A stretch of DNA of 64,000 bases from an uncultured Actinomycetota bacterium (GTDB lineage Bacteria > Actinomycetota > Actinomycetes > S36-B12 > GCA-2699445): the NCBI GenBank assembly GCA_963766005.1, contig CAVXYG010000001.1, positions 2,410 through 66,409 of the forward strand, in the 5' to 3' direction. The translations under genes and the position numbers were made by a program. Positions 1 to 9,516 of this stretch are shown piece after piece. Under the pieces are notes generated by a model. It was not told the DNA's origin and made no database searches. It worked only from the letters and a program-made list of their open reading frames with translations. How positions within the stretch are numbered: position 1 is the stretch's first letter; every line of letters begins with the position of its first letter.

Positions 1-2077
1 GGGTGCCGCCGGCGCCACGGCCGTCCCGGCTTCCGGGGGCGCCGCCGGACCGCGGCAGGCCTCCGCGACGACCGCCCGTGCGGCAGCGGCGGCGATCCCG
101 GCCCGCTCGGCGAGCAGGCCCGCCAGCGCGACCCGCTGCGGCGGGGTCAGCCCTCCCGCGGCGGCGACCGCGGCCCGGGCCGCGGCGACCCGGCCCTCGG
201 CGGTGGCGGCGGGCGGGTGGGCGGCCAGGAGGGCCTCGGCGTGCACGATGCCGCCGGGCCGGGCCGCTGCCAGCAGGCCGCGGACCGCGCCGGCCCCGCC
301 GGCGGCGTACACGTCGGCGAGGTCCGTCCCTGCCGGGGCGGCGGCCGCGGCCGGGTGGGGGTCGCCGCGGCCGGCGAGCATGGCCAGGGTGCGCGCCAGC
401 GCCGCGGTCCCGGCGGGGTCGGCGTCGGGGGCCAGGATCAGGGCCCGCCCGCCGCGGCCGGCCAGGTCGAGGTGGTGGTCGGTGACCGCCGTGCCGCAGG
501 CCGCCACCCCGACGGTGCCGCCGTCGCCGGAGGCGGTGACCGCCAGGGCGTCCCACGGCCCCTCCACCAGGACCAGCGTCGTGGTGCGGTCCGGGTCGAT
601 GTGCTGGGTGCCGAGCAGCAGCCGGCCCTTGGCGAACAGGGCGGTTGCCGGGGTGTTGAGGTACTTGGGCGCGCCGGGGCGGCCGGTGGTGTCCCGGGCG
701 GTGAACCCGACCACGCCGAGGTGGTCGTGGATGGGGAAGGTGATCCTGCCCCGGAACCGGTCGATGAGCCTGCCGCGGCGGGTGGTGGTCGCCACGCCGG
801 CGGCGATCAGGTCGTCGGCGGTGTGCCCGGCGGCGCGGAGGTGGTCGACCAGCCCGGTCCAGCCCGGCGGGGCGTACCCGGCGCCGTAGGCCAGCGCGGC
901 GGCGGTCGTGTGCCCGCGGGCGTCGGCCGCCGCGGCGTACACCGTGCTGCCGGCGGCCTGGGCGACGAACCACGCCTGGGCGTCGGCGGCGACCGCGCGC
1001 AGCCGATCGGCGCCCGGCCCGGCGGCCGCGGCGGCCAGCCGGTCACGGGTGGCCTCGGCATGCGCCGCGGCAGCCTCGGCGGCGGCTGCTGCGGCACTGG
1101 CCCGCGCGGCGAGGCCCGCGGCCCGCCCCGGCTTCCCGGCTGCTGCCGGGTCGCTGGCCTCCAGCAGGGTGCGGGCGGCGGCCAGGACCCGGCCGGCGGT
1201 GCCGGTGACGGCCTGCTCGTCGCGGCCGGCCCAGCCGGCGATGTAGGCGAAGGTGTAGCCGGCGGTGTCCAGCCCGTGGTGGGCGGCGACCAGGTAGGCC
1301 ACGCTCTCGGCCTCGACCTCGATCAGCCCGCGGCAGTCCGGACCCTGGCGCGGCCGGGTCGAGGGGGTCGTGCAGCAGGACGTGCCCGGCTTCGTGCGCC
1401 AGGGTCTTCACGGCCTGGGCGTCGTCGACGTCGCCGCGCACGGTGACGGTGCGCTGGGCGTGGTCGGTGACGCCGTTGGCCCCGCCGATCCCGGCCGGCC
1501 CGGGGCAGCGTCCGACCGTGAACCCGCGGGCGGCGATGGCGCCGGCCAGGGCGTCCCACAGCCCGGGCGGGGCCTGGCCGGCCAGCAGCTGCGGGCGGGG
1601 CGGGGCCGGCAGCGGGTCCCCGTCGGTCTGGGACACGTCGAACACCGCCGCGGCCCGGAACCCGACGACCGGCCCGCGGCCCCGCGCGGGGGCCGGGTCC
1701 TCCTGGCCGGCGGGCTCGTCGCCGCCGGGGACGTCCTGCTCGCTGCGGGCGCGCCGGGCGGTGACCGGGGCCAGCACCCACAGGCCCTTCTCCCCCTTGC
1801 GGACCTGCCGGCCCATCGCCTGCCAGGCGCCGTACCCGGCGACCAGGGTGGCGTCCGGGTTCTGCGCGGCGATCAGGACCTGGTTGCGGAAGCTGTAGGC
1901 GTGGAACCTCGCCGCGGTGTCCAGCCAGCCCCGCCACGCCTGCCCGTCGCGGATCGCGGCGACCCCGGCGGCGAGCTGGCGGTGCAGCGCCTCCAGGCGT
2001 TCGGTGCGGGCGGCCTCGGCGGCGGCCCGCTGCCCGGGGCCGCGGTCCCGCCGCCGGCGGGGCTCAGCGGCGCCCAT
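1..2077 (-). pseudogene. ArdC-like protein (ssDNA-binding N-domain + HExxH metalloprotease) fused to a DnaG/TOPRIM-type primase domain. As sequenced it carries a +1 frameshift, and its 3' end runs off the window.
   Basis: Track ORF 1043..2077 shows FRNQVLIAAQ...WQAMGRQVRKGEKG (ArdC N-domain) and HEAGHVLLH. My own translation of the minus strand from ~1338 to 1 in the +1 frame gives EVEAESVAYLVAAHHGLD...RLIDRFRGRITFPIHD...PKYLNTPATALFAKG...LVLVEGPWDALAV (primase/TOPRIM-like) with no stop. Confidence 0.7.
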
Positions 2078-2222
2078 CGCCGGATTCGAGCAGGTCGATG
2101 ACGACGTCGGTCAGCGCGTCGATGGTGGCCTGCTGGGCCGCCACCGCCCGCTGCAGCGCGCCGAGCTGGCTCTGCAGGTCGGCCAGCACCGGGATCAGGT
2201 CGATCGTCGGGGTGTCGCTCAT
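2064..2222 (-). CDS. Small hypothetical protein (52 aa, coiled-coil-like)
   Basis: Below the track cutoff, so translated by hand: MSDTPTIDLIPVLADLQSQLGALQRAVAAQQATIDALTDVVIDLLESGDGRR. A strong GAAGGAGG RBS lies upstream. Its 3' end overlaps the start of the ArdC-like gene. Confidence 0.5.
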   Translation of the reverse strand: MSDTPTIDLIPVLADLQSQLGALQRAVAAQQATIDALTDVVIDLLESGDGRR

Positions 2223-2235
2223 GTCCTTGCCTCCT

Positions 2236-2769
2236 TCAGCGGGCCGCGGTCCGGGCGCGGGACGCGGCCGGGATGGTCACGGCCGCCGGCGCCGCGGCGG
2301 CGGCCGGCGGGCGGGCCGTCCGCGTCGCGGCGGCGGGCGGCGGGGGCCCGAAGGCCGCGCACTCCTCCGGGTCGATCTGGGCCAGCGCCGCGGCCCAGGC
2401 CCCCGGGGCGTGGCCGCGGTCGGCGATGCGGCCCAGCAGGTCCGCCATCCGGTGCGCGGGGTCCTCCGGCGGGACGGCGGCCCACATGGCCGCAGGTCCC
2501 TCGGCTGCGGGGTCCTGCATCCAGCGGGCCGCCCCGAGCACGGTCAGCGGGCCGTGGACCGAGTGCTGCCCGGTGCCGGCGGCGTGCAGGTACGCGGACT
2601 CGGCGGCCCGCTCCAGCCCGGCCCAGTCCCCCGACCGGGCGGCCAGGACCAGCAGCGCGTCGCGCATGCCCCGGTGGTTGCAGATCGCGGCCAGGTCAGC
2701 GGCCGCCGCCGAGGGGTCGGCGAGTGCGGCGGCGGTGCGCGCCACCAATTCGGACGGTTCTGCGCTCAT
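2236..2769 (-). CDS. Hypothetical protein (177 aa)
   Basis: Uses the internal ATG of track ORF 2236..2949, preceded by AAGGAGAG. GC3-rich coding-like composition. No family recognised. Confidence 0.55.
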   Translation of the reverse strand: MSAEPSELVARTAAALADPSAAAADLAAICNHRGMRDALLVLAARSGDWAGLERAAESAYLHAAGTGQHSVHGPLTVLGAARWMQDPAAEGPAAMWAAVPPEDPAHRMADLLGRIADRGHAPGAWAAALAQIDPEECAAFGPPPPAAATRTARPPAAAAAPAAVTIPAASRARTAAR

Positions 2770-2977
2770 GGTTCTCTCCTTCATCGGTTGGTGGTCCGGC
2801 CGCGGGACGCGGTCGGGGTGGTCGTTGCCGCCGGTGCGGCGGCGGCCTGTGGCCGTGCCGTCCGAGGCAGCGGGTGCCGGGCCCGTGCGGCGGGTCCGCG
2901 GCCAGCGCGCCGTGCACCAGCCGGCAGTGCACCGCCCGGCAGCCGTCATGGACGTGGACGGTCACGGCGCCGCTCAC
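2696..2977 (-). CDS. Possible small His/Cys-rich protein (VSGAVTVHVHDGCRAVHCRLVHG...). The 3' extent is doubtful.
   Basis: A GTG start forms a GTGA overlap with the stop of the 49-aa ORF upstream. It is the tail of track ORF 2696..3076. It overlaps the next gene by 74 nt, so the real stop may have been lost to an indel. Confidence 0.25.
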   Translation of the reverse strand: MSGAVTVHVHDGCRAVHCRLVHGALAADPPHGPGTRCLGRHGHRPPPHRRQRPPRPRPAAGPPTDEGENHERRTVRIGGAHRRRTRRPLGGGR

Positions 2978-3123
2978 CGCCGCTCCCCGCTTCCGGCGGC
3001 GGCGATGACCTCGGCCCGCCACAGCCCGACGATGATGGCCGCGTCGTCGTCGGCGCCCGCCTGGGCGGCCGCCCACCAGCGCGCCAGCATGTCGTTGATG
3101 GGTTCCACGCCGGGGCCGCTCAT
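2974..3123 (-). CDS. Small hypothetical protein (49 aa)
   Basis: ATG at 3123 forms an ATGA overlap with the stop of the 184-aa ORF. Sequence: MSGPGVEPINDMLARWWAAAQAGADDDAAIIVGLWRAEVIAAAGSGERR. Confidence 0.45.
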   Translation of the reverse strand: MSGPGVEPINDMLARWWAAAQAGADDDAAIIVGLWRAEVIAAAGSGERR

Positions 3124-3674
3124 CGCACGCCCATCCCTGCCCGTCCGTGCGCGCGCGGCGGTACGGCGGCGGCCGAGGTGGCCGCGGGCAGGGCGGTGCG
3201 CTTCGACTCGTCCTGCACCGGCCCGGCCAGCAGCGCCCGCACGGACTGGATGCGGGCCAGGTACCGCTCGTCGTCGCCGGTGCGGCCGGCGGGGTCGACC
3301 CATGCGGCGGGCACCATCACCTCGTGCCCGACGTGGGCGCCCTCGACGAGCCCGGTCTGCGGGGTGTAGGCCAGCCACAGCCCCGGCTGCTCGGTCTCCG
3401 GGGACAGGAACACCTGCCAGCGGGCGCTCGGTGCGGCCTCGACGAGGGCGGCGTCGTCGAACCAGTTGACCTCCTGCAGCTCGATCGACCCGCTGTCCAG
3501 TCCGGCCCATCCCCCTCGCGGCCGCAGCGCTCCGCCGTCCGCGTCCACGGCCAGCGGGACGGGACGGTCGTCGGGCCCGAACAGCTGGTCGACGTGCGCG
3601 GCGATCTCGCGGCACGCCATCACTGCCGCCAGTCCGCCTCGGACCTCCAGCACCGCTCCCCCGCGGCTAGTCAT
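3120..3674 (-). CDS. Hypothetical protein (184 aa)
   Basis: Track ORF 3120..3674 has non-repetitive, protein-like composition and is coupled to both neighbours. No family recognised. Confidence 0.6.
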   Translation of the reverse strand: MTSRGGAVLEVRGGLAAVMACREIAAHVDQLFGPDDRPVPLAVDADGGALRPRGGWAGLDSGSIELQEVNWFDDAALVEAAPSARWQVFLSPETEQPGLWLAYTPQTGLVEGAHVGHEVMVPAAWVDPAGRTGDDERYLARIQSVRALLAGPVQDESKRTALPAATSAAAVPPRAHGRAGMGVR

Positions 3675-3834
3675 CGCGCCGGCCCCGGCGGCGCTCGGCG
3701 GCCAGGGCCTCGGTCAGTTCCTCCACCGCGCTGGGCCGCGACTCGTTGGCGTCGGCCCACGCTTCGGCCTCGCCGTCGGTGGTCCACGGGGCGGCGGCGG
3801 GCCGCCACCCCAGCTCCTGCGGTTCCTCGCTCAT
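3667..3834 (-). CDS. Small acidic hypothetical protein (55 aa)
   Basis: ATG at 3834 is preceded by AAGGAGGGAAGG. Sequence starts MSEEPQELGWRPAAAPWTTDGEAEAWADANESRPSAVEELTEALAAERRRGRRDD. It overlaps the next start by 8 nt. Confidence 0.5.
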   Translation of the reverse strand: MSEEPQELGWRPAAAPWTTDGEAEAWADANESRPSAVEELTEALAAERRRGRRDD

Positions 3835-3851
3835 CGGGTTCCTTCCCTCCT

Positions 3852-4295
3852 TCACAGGCCCGGCCCCCGGCTGGCGCCGAGGGTCCGGGCGGGGGCGGGG
3901 GCCGCCGGTGCGGCGGTCCGGGGGCCGCCCGGGACGTAGGGGTGGTGCGGGTCTGCCTGGACGGCGCCGCCGGCCGGCAGGTGGTCGCTGCCGGTGGTCC
4001 GGCCGATCGGGGTGCGGCGCATGGCGGATCCTTCCTGCCGCGGCGGCGGGCGCAGCGCCCATGCCTGTGCGCGGTCCCCGCCGCGGCCGTCGCCGCACAC
4101 CTCGCAGCGGGCCCACGAGAAGCCGGCCCCGCCGCCGCCGGGCTCCAGGCGCCACCCTTCGGCGGCCCACCCGGCGATCCCGCCGGTGATGGCCGCGGCC
4201 CGGTCGGGGCCGAGGTCGTCGGGCAGCCCGTTCGCCAGGGCGAGCTCGCAGTCGGTGCACACCTCGACCTCGGCCTGCTCCCACGGGTCGTTCAT
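3852..4295 (-). CDS. Hypothetical protein with two CxxC pairs (zinc-ribbon-like), 147 aa
   Basis: Uses the internal ATG of track ORF 3852..5087. Sequence MNDPWEQAEVEVCTDCELALANG...WARCEVCGDG. Confidence 0.6.
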   Translation of the reverse strand: MNDPWEQAEVEVCTDCELALANGLPDDLGPDRAAAITGGIAGWAAEGWRLEPGGGGAGFSWARCEVCGDGRGGDRAQAWALRPPPRQEGSAMRRTPIGRTTGSDHLPAGGAVQADPHHPYVPGGPRTAAPAAPAPARTLGASRGPGL

Positions 4296-4633
4296 GGCCG
4301 GCCCGCCTGCTTCGCGGCCGAGGCGCGGCCGCGGGCCGGCGCGGCCGGGGCGGCGGCGGTGCTCGGTGCGGCGGTCCGCGGCGGGACCCGCGCCGGGTCG
4401 GTGGCCTTCATCGCGACGGCCTCGATGTCCGCCAACTGGTAGCCGGTGTCCGCGACCAGCAGGCCCAGCCACTCGGCGCCGCCCGGGTTGGGGGTGCGCC
4501 AGGTGGAGGTCGCCAGGGACCGCTCGGCGGCGTCGGCGGCCGCCGCCAGCAGTTGCCCGACGACCCTGTTGGCGGGTGCGGCAGGATCGGTGGTGCGCGG
4601 GCCGGCCAGTCGCCCCGGAGTGCGCCTGGCCCG
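4292..4633 (-). CDS. Coding-like ORF (113 codons) with no canonical start codon in its first 67 codons. It directly follows the rseP stop codon in the same frame.
   Basis: Hand translation: RARRTPGRLAGPRTTDPAAPANRVVGQLLAAAADAAERSLATSTWRTPNPGGAEWLGLLVADTGYQLADIEAVAMKATDPARVPP...KQAGRP. Its TGA overlaps the ATG at 4295 (ATGA). The first ATG/GTG/TTG is TTG at codon 68. Confidence 0.35.
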   Translation of the reverse strand, partial: RARRTPGRLAGPRTTDPAAPANRVVGQLLAAAADAAERSLATSTWRTPNPGGAEWLGLLVADTGYQLADIEAVAMKATDPARVPPRTAAPSTAAAPAAPARGRASAAKQAGRP

Positions 4634-5992
4634 CTACCCCGTCAGCGTGATCGGCTTCACCAGGTCGGCCCAGATCACGATGATGCCCGAGGCGATGAGC
4701 ACCACGGCCACGGCATAGGTCACCGGCAGCATCCGCGCCGTATCGACCGGTCCGGGGTCCGCCGCGCCCCGGAGGAGGGCCAGTCTGCGGCGCACCCCCT
4801 CGTACCCGGCGGCAGCGACGTGCCCGCCGTCCAGCGGCAGCAGCGGCAGCAGGTTGAACAGGAAGAGGAAGAGGTTCAGCGAGGCGGCCAGCCCGATGAA
4901 CGCCGCGGCCTTCGCCTTGATGGGCTCGTCGAGGGCGGCGATCTCGCCACCGATCCGGGAGACGCCGACCACGCCGACCGGGCCGTTGGGATCCCGCTCC
5001 CCGCCGGAGATGAGGGTACCGGTGAGTTCCACCAGCCGGACCGGCAGCGAGATGAGCGCCTCGACCGATCGGACGGTCAGGTCCCACATGTAGCCGGGCA
5101 CCGCTACCAGCGACATCGGCACATAGGCGGCATCCGGGCGTACTCCGACGAACGCCCGAACCTGTGTCTCCCCCGTCGGTTGGCCGTCCTCGTCGAGGAC
5201 CGGGTACACGGCCTCGGCCAACGTCAGGGTCGTCGCACGCGGCTGCCCGCCGCGATCCAGATCGACCGTGACGGTGTCGCCGGGGCGGGCGTCGGCCAAC
5301 ACGGCGGTGAGGTCGTCCCAGGTCGACACCGGCGCTCCCTCCAGCGCCACGACGACATCGCCGACCTCGATATCCGCCGCGACGGCGGGGCTGGGCTCAG
5401 CATCGCAGGCGCCCCCCGGCAGCGGCTCGCCGAACGGCTCCCCCGCCGTCGGCACGCAGGGGACCACCTCGCGCACGGCGGTCGTGGTCTGCGGCGTTCC
5501 GATGCCCACCAGGAGCACGGCGAACAGGGCCGTGGCCAGGATCAGGTTCATGGCGGGGCCGGCCATCATGACGACCATGCGCCGGCGGACCGGCAGCTTG
5601 TAGAACACCCGGTCCTCGTCGCCGGGCTCGATCTCCACCATCGATTGGTCCCGCGCCTGCTCGACCATCGTGGCGAAGCGGCCTGTGGTGCTGGCCGGGA
5701 CCATGCCGGGCGGCGCGTCCTTCCCCGGCGGCAGCATGCCGATGATGCGGACGTAGCCGCCCACGGGGATCGCTTTGAGGCCGTAGACCGTCTCGCCGCG
5801 GGCCCTGGTGAAGAGCTTCGGCCCGAAACCGACCATGAACTCGGTGACTTTCACGCCGTAGCGCTTGGCCGTCACGAAGTGGCCCCACTCGTGGAAGGCG
5901 ATCGAGAAGCCGATCACGAGCACGAAGATGGTGATGCCGACCACATTGGCCGCGATGTCGGTCATGAGCGCCCTTCTGCCCTTGTCCCCCAT
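4634..5992 (-). CDS. rseP: Site-2 protease, M50-family zinc metalloprotease (RseP/Rip1 type)
   Basis: Track ORF 4634..5992 has HEWGH in the first TM segment, a PDZ-like middle region and multiple TM segments. The internal ATG at 5965 would form an ATGA overlap with the dxr stop and may be the true start. Confidence 0.9.
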   Translation of the reverse strand: MGDKGRRALMTDIAANVVGITIFVLVIGFSIAFHEWGHFVTAKRYGVKVTEFMVGFGPKLFTRARGETVYGLKAIPVGGYVRIIGMLPPGKDAPPGMVPASTTGRFATMVEQARDQSMVEIEPGDEDRVFYKLPVRRRMVVMMAGPAMNLILATALFAVLLVGIGTPQTTTAVREVVPCVPTAGEPFGEPLPGGACDAEPSPAVAADIEVGDVVVALEGAPVSTWDDLTAVLADARPGDTVTVDLDRGGQPRATTLTLAEAVYPVLDEDGQPTGETQVRAFVGVRPDAAYVPMSLVAVPGYMWDLTVRSVEALISLPVRLVELTGTLISGGERDPNGPVGVVGVSRIGGEIAALDEPIKAKAAAFIGLAASLNLFLFLFNLLPLLPLDGGHVAAAGYEGVRRRLALLRGAADPGPVDTARMLPVTYAVAVVLIASGIIVIWADLVKPITLTG

Positions 5993-7194
5993 GATGCGGC
6001 CTCGGCACGTGCTTGCGCATCAGCGGCGAGCACGTCGCCGATGTCGCCGATCGCCGCGTCGCTGCGGAAGCCGCCGTCGGTGGCCAAATGCGCGTCCAGG
6101 ACATCGGCGATGACGGCGACGATGTCGAGGTAGGCGATGTCACCGGCCAGGAACCGCTCGACGGCGGCCTCGTTCGCCGCGTTGAACACCGCCGGTGCCG
6201 TTCCCCCCGCGGCTCCGGCGCGCCGGGCCAGCTGGACGGCGGGGAAGGCGCCGTGGTCGATCGGGGCGAAGTCCCATCGGGCTGAGCGGGTCCAGTCGAT
6301 CGGTGCGATAGCGCCGGGCACCCGTTCGGGCCAGGACAGCCCCAGCGCGATCGGCAGCCGCATGTCCGGCGGGCTGGCCTGGGCGATGCTGGAGCCGTCG
6401 GCGAACTCCACGATCGAGTGGACGATCGACTGCGGATGCACCACCGCCTCGATCCGGTCCATCGGCACCCCGAACAGCAGATGCGCCTCGATGATCTCCA
6501 GCCCCTTGTTCACCAGGGTCGAGGAGTTGATGGTGACCAGCGGACCCATGCTCCAGGTCGGGTGGGCCAGAGCCTGCTCGGGCGTGACGCCGTGGAGCTG
6601 GTCGCGGGTGCGGCCCCGGAACGGGCCCCCGCTGGCGGTGAGGACCAGTCGCGCGACCTCGTCCGGGGCACCGGCGCGCAGCGCTTGCGCCAACGCCGAG
6701 TGCTCCGAGTCCACCGGCACGATCTGGCCAGGACCGGCCAGGCGGCGCACGAGCGGCCCGGCGATGATGAGCGACTCCTTGTTCGCCAGGGCGAGCGTGG
6801 TCCCGGACCTCAGCGCCGCCAGGGTCGAGGGCAGGCCGGCGGCGCCGGCGAGACCGTTGAGCACGACGTCGGCGGGAGCCGCGGCGATCGCTGCGACCGC
6901 CTCGGGGCCTTCGTCGATACGCACGGCGGATCCGCCTCGCGAAGCCAGCGCATCGTGCACCCTGACTGCGGCATCGGCATCGGCTACCGCGATGCGCCCG
7001 ACATCGAAGGCCAGCGCCTGCCGAGCCAATGCGTCCGGCCGCCGGCCGGTCGCCGCCAGCCCCCCGACCCGGAAACGGTCGCGATTGCGCGCGATGACAT
7101 CGAGGGCCTGCGTCCCGATCGATCCGGTGGAGCCGAGGATCGTGACGCTGCGGCGAGCTGGCGTAGCCATGGCTCCATTGTGGTGCAGGGCCAA
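5962..7194 (-). CDS. dxr: 1-deoxy-D-xylulose-5-phosphate reductoisomerase
   Basis: Track ORF has an [18 protein letters not shown]-binding N-terminus and LANKESL and PVDSEHSA motifs. The start may be the ATG at 7170. Confidence 0.92.
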   Translation of the reverse strand: MALHHNGAMATPARRSVTILGSTGSIGTQALDVIARNRDRFRVGGLAATGRRPDALARQALAFDVGRIAVADADAAVRVHDALASRGGSAVRIDEGPEAVAAIAAAPADVVLNGLAGAAGLPSTLAALRSGTTLALANKESLIIAGPLVRRLAGPGQIVPVDSEHSALAQALRAGAPDEVARLVLTASGGPFRGRTRDQLHGVTPEQALAHPTWSMGPLVTINSSTLVNKGLEIIEAHLLFGVPMDRIEAVVHPQSIVHSIVEFADGSSIAQASPPDMRLPIALGLSWPERVPGAIAPIDWTRSARWDFAPIDHGAFPAVQLARRAGAAGGTAPAVFNAANEAAVERFLAGDIAYLDIVAVIADVLDAHLATDGGFRSDAAIGDIGDVLAADAQARAEAASWGTRAEGRS

Positions 7195-7237
7195 CCCGGC
7201 AGGGTTGCGGCGGGCGCGGGCTCGCTACCGTCGACGA

Positions 7238-8422
7238 ATGGCTGCTCGTCACCGATCCACCGACCCGCGCGCGATTCCACTGCTCGACCCCGAGCTGCTG
7301 CTCAGCGAGCAGGAGCGCTCGTTGCAGGAGCGCGTCGCCTCGGTGGCCGCGCCGTGGCGCCCCCTGATCGCCGAGTGGTTCGCCGAGGAATCCGTGCCGG
7401 TGCCGGAAGTGGCGCGCACGATGGGCGCAGCCGGACTGCTCGGAATGACGCTGCCTGCGCCGTACGGGTCCGGTGCGAGCGCCGTGGAGTACGGACTGGC
7501 CTGCCTGGAGGTCGAGGCGGTGGATTCCGGTCTGCGATCGCAGCTGTCGGTCCAGGGGTCGCTGGCCATGCACGCGATCCACGCGTTCGGCACTGCGGAG
7601 CAGCACCGGCACTGGCTGCCGGGCATGGCGGCCGGCGATGTCCTGGGCGGCTTCGCCCTCACCGAGCCCGATGTCGGGTCCAACCCCGCGGAGTGCCGGA
7701 CCCGCGCGGTCCGCACCGCGAGCGGCTGGGTCCTCGATGGCACCAAGAAGTGGATCACCAACGGCCCCGTGGGGCAGCTCGTGGTGACCTGGGCCGCCAC
7801 CGAGGAGGGGATGCGCGCCTTCATCGTCCCGACCGACGCCCCCGGCGTCACGATGTCCGACATCCCGGGCCGGCTGTCGCTGCGGGCGAGCCGTTCCGGC
7901 GAGATGGTGCTCGACCACGTGGAGCTCGGCGAGGATCACCGACTGCCCGGGGCGCGCGGGCTGAGGGCGCCGCTCTCGTGCCTGAACGAGGCTCGCTTCG
8001 GCATCATCTTCGGGACACTGGGCGCGGCCCGCGACAGCCTGCTCGCGGCCATCGACTACACGGTCGGACGGGAGCAGTTCGGCAAGCCCTTGGCCGGGTT
8101 CCAGCTCGTGCAGGCCGAGCTGGCCGACATGGCCTCGGCGCTCGCCGGAGCGTTTGTGCTGGCCGTGCACCTGGGTCGGATCAAGGACGCCGGCAGCATC
8201 ACCCCGGCCCAGGTCAGCCTGGGCAAGCGCACCAGCGCGGCAACCGCCCTCGGCATCGCCCGCCGCGCCCGAGCCCTGCACGGCGCCAACGGCGTGCTGT
8301 TGGAGCATCCGCCGATGCGCCACGCAGCGAATCTGGAGTCGGTGGTCACCTACGAAGGCACGCATGAGATGCACACGCTGGTCCTCGGACAGGAACTGAC
8401 GGGGGTGCCGGCGTTCCGGTGA
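7238..8422 (+). CDS. Acyl-CoA dehydrogenase family protein (glutaryl-CoA dehydrogenase-like)
   Basis: Uses the in-frame ATG at 7238 inside track ORF 6137..8422. Motifs FALTEPDVGSNP, KKWITNG and YEGTHEMH are present. Confidence 0.85.
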   Translation: MAARHRSTDPRAIPLLDPELLLSEQERSLQERVASVAAPWRPLIAEWFAEESVPVPEVARTMGAAGLLGMTLPAPYGSGASAVEYGLACLEVEAVDSGLRSQLSVQGSLAMHAIHAFGTAEQHRHWLPGMAAGDVLGGFALTEPDVGSNPAECRTRAVRTASGWVLDGTKKWITNGPVGQLVVTWAATEEGMRAFIVPTDAPGVTMSDIPGRLSLRASRSGEMVLDHVELGEDHRLPGARGLRAPLSCLNEARFGIIFGTLGAARDSLLAAIDYTVGREQFGKPLAGFQLVQAELADMASALAGAFVLAVHLGRIKDAGSITPAQVSLGKRTSAATALGIARRARALHGANGVLLEHPPMRHAANLESVVTYEGTHEMHTLVLGQELTGVPAFR

Positions 8423-8587
8423 GGTGGGCCGATCGCCGCCGGTGTCCCCCGGCTCAGAGATCGGCACAGTCTTCGCCACGGGGCGAATCCCCGGTCGGGT
8501 CGTCCCCGGGCACGTCGCGGCTCCGGATCTGCTGCCTGAGGAATTCTCGACGTTCCCCCAACCGGGATGCCGCCCCCGGGATGAGCC

Positions 8588-9472
8588 GTGGTCGCCACCG
8601 CAACCGCTGCCCGGGCCGTTGGGCCCCGGTCGGCCGAGCAGCAGCCCGCCGCGCCGTCGTGGGCGGCGCTGCCCGGCGCAGCGGACTCCCCGCACACCTG
8701 GGGCGCATACGCTGTGACGGTGCTCCTGCCTCTGGCTATCGGCTCGCTGACGATCGCGCTTCTCGTGTCGTGCTCGCACGCCGCCCCGGTCAGCCCGAGA
8801 CCCCTGGCAGGGAGCTCGTGGATCCTCACCGCAGTGGCCGCGGAGCGCGCCATGCGTCCCAGCGTCGATGCCAGCGCCTCCCTGAACTTCGGCGCTGACG
8901 GCACGATCGCCGGGAGCACGGGCTGCAATCGCTTCACCGGGACGTGGACCGCTCAGGCCGATCGACTGACCATCGCGCCGGGGGCGACGACGATGCGCGG
9001 ATGCCCCGACCAGCTCGGTGCCCAGGAGGCGGCGGTCCTTGCTGCGCTGGGCGCAACGCATCGGTTCCGCCGCAGCGGCGAGTCCCTCGTCCTGCTCGGC
9101 TCCGATGGCGTCGTGCTGGCGCAGTACCGGGCTGCCGCCGGGGCATTGGCGGGCACGTCGTGGCAGGCGACCGGGGTGAACAACGGCCGCGGCGGTGTCG
9201 TGTCCACAACCGCGACCGGGGCGCTGTCCTTGACCTTTGCCGGGGACGGGACAGTGAGCGGATTCGACGGTTGCGGCGCATTCGCCGGCTCCTTCGCCAC
9301 CGACGGTGCCCGGATCAGCATCGACGCCGAGCCGGCCGTCTCCTGCGGGGACCCGGAGCAGCTGGCCTACCTCTCCGCGCTGCGCAACGCGACGACCTGG
9401 CGGGTGGACGGCAACCGGCTGGAGCTGCGCGACGACGAGGGCGCGCTGCAAGCCGGGCTCGTGCAGGCCTGA
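8588..9472 (+). CDS. META-domain (HslJ-like) lipoprotein with two META repeats
   Basis: Track ORF 8588..9472 has the lipobox LLVSC and the motifs GCNRFTG and GCGAFAG in two repeats. The start could instead be the GTG at 8714. Confidence 0.7.
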   Translation: MVATATAARAVGPRSAEQQPAAPSWAALPGAADSPHTWGAYAVTVLLPLAIGSLTIALLVSCSHAAPVSPRPLAGSSWILTAVAAERAMRPSVDASASLNFGADGTIAGSTGCNRFTGTWTAQADRLTIAPGATTMRGCPDQLGAQEAAVLAALGATHRFRRSGESLVLLGSDGVVLAQYRAAAGALAGTSWQATGVNNGRGGVVSTTATGALSLTFAGDGTVSGFDGCGAFAGSFATDGARISIDAEPAVSCGDPEQLAYLSALRNATTWRVDGNRLELRDDEGALQAGLVQA

Positions 9473-9516
9473 CTCCCCCGCTGGCCGGGCTCGTGCAGGC
9501 CTGACTCCCCCGCTGG
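9453..9516. repeat. Perfect 32-bp tandem duplication (2.2 copies) spanning the stop codon of the META gene
   Basis: CCGGGCTCGTGCAGGCCTGACTCCCCCGCTGG occurs at 9453..9484 and again at 9485..9516, followed by the partial copy CCGGGC. Confidence 0.95.

Larger units (their letters stand above)
1..4633 (-). mobile_element. Right-hand part of a foreign conjugative-plasmid/ICE- or prophage-like module (continues beyond the window start)
   Basis: About 10 co-directional ORFs are chained by ATGA/GTGA start-stop overlaps. The only recognisable product is an ArdC-like/primase fusion. The block occupies the position normally held by ispG after dxr-rseP. No integrase, att repeat or tRNA is visible inside the window. 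Confidence 0.5.

Noticed and set aside
203-4650. Many long plus-strand ORFs in the left 4.6 kb (for example 217..1446, 2098..3369, 3147..4442, 3994..4650)
   Set aside because: They are antisense to the coupled minus-strand operon and have repetitive RGPA composition. None has a recognisable domain or RBS.
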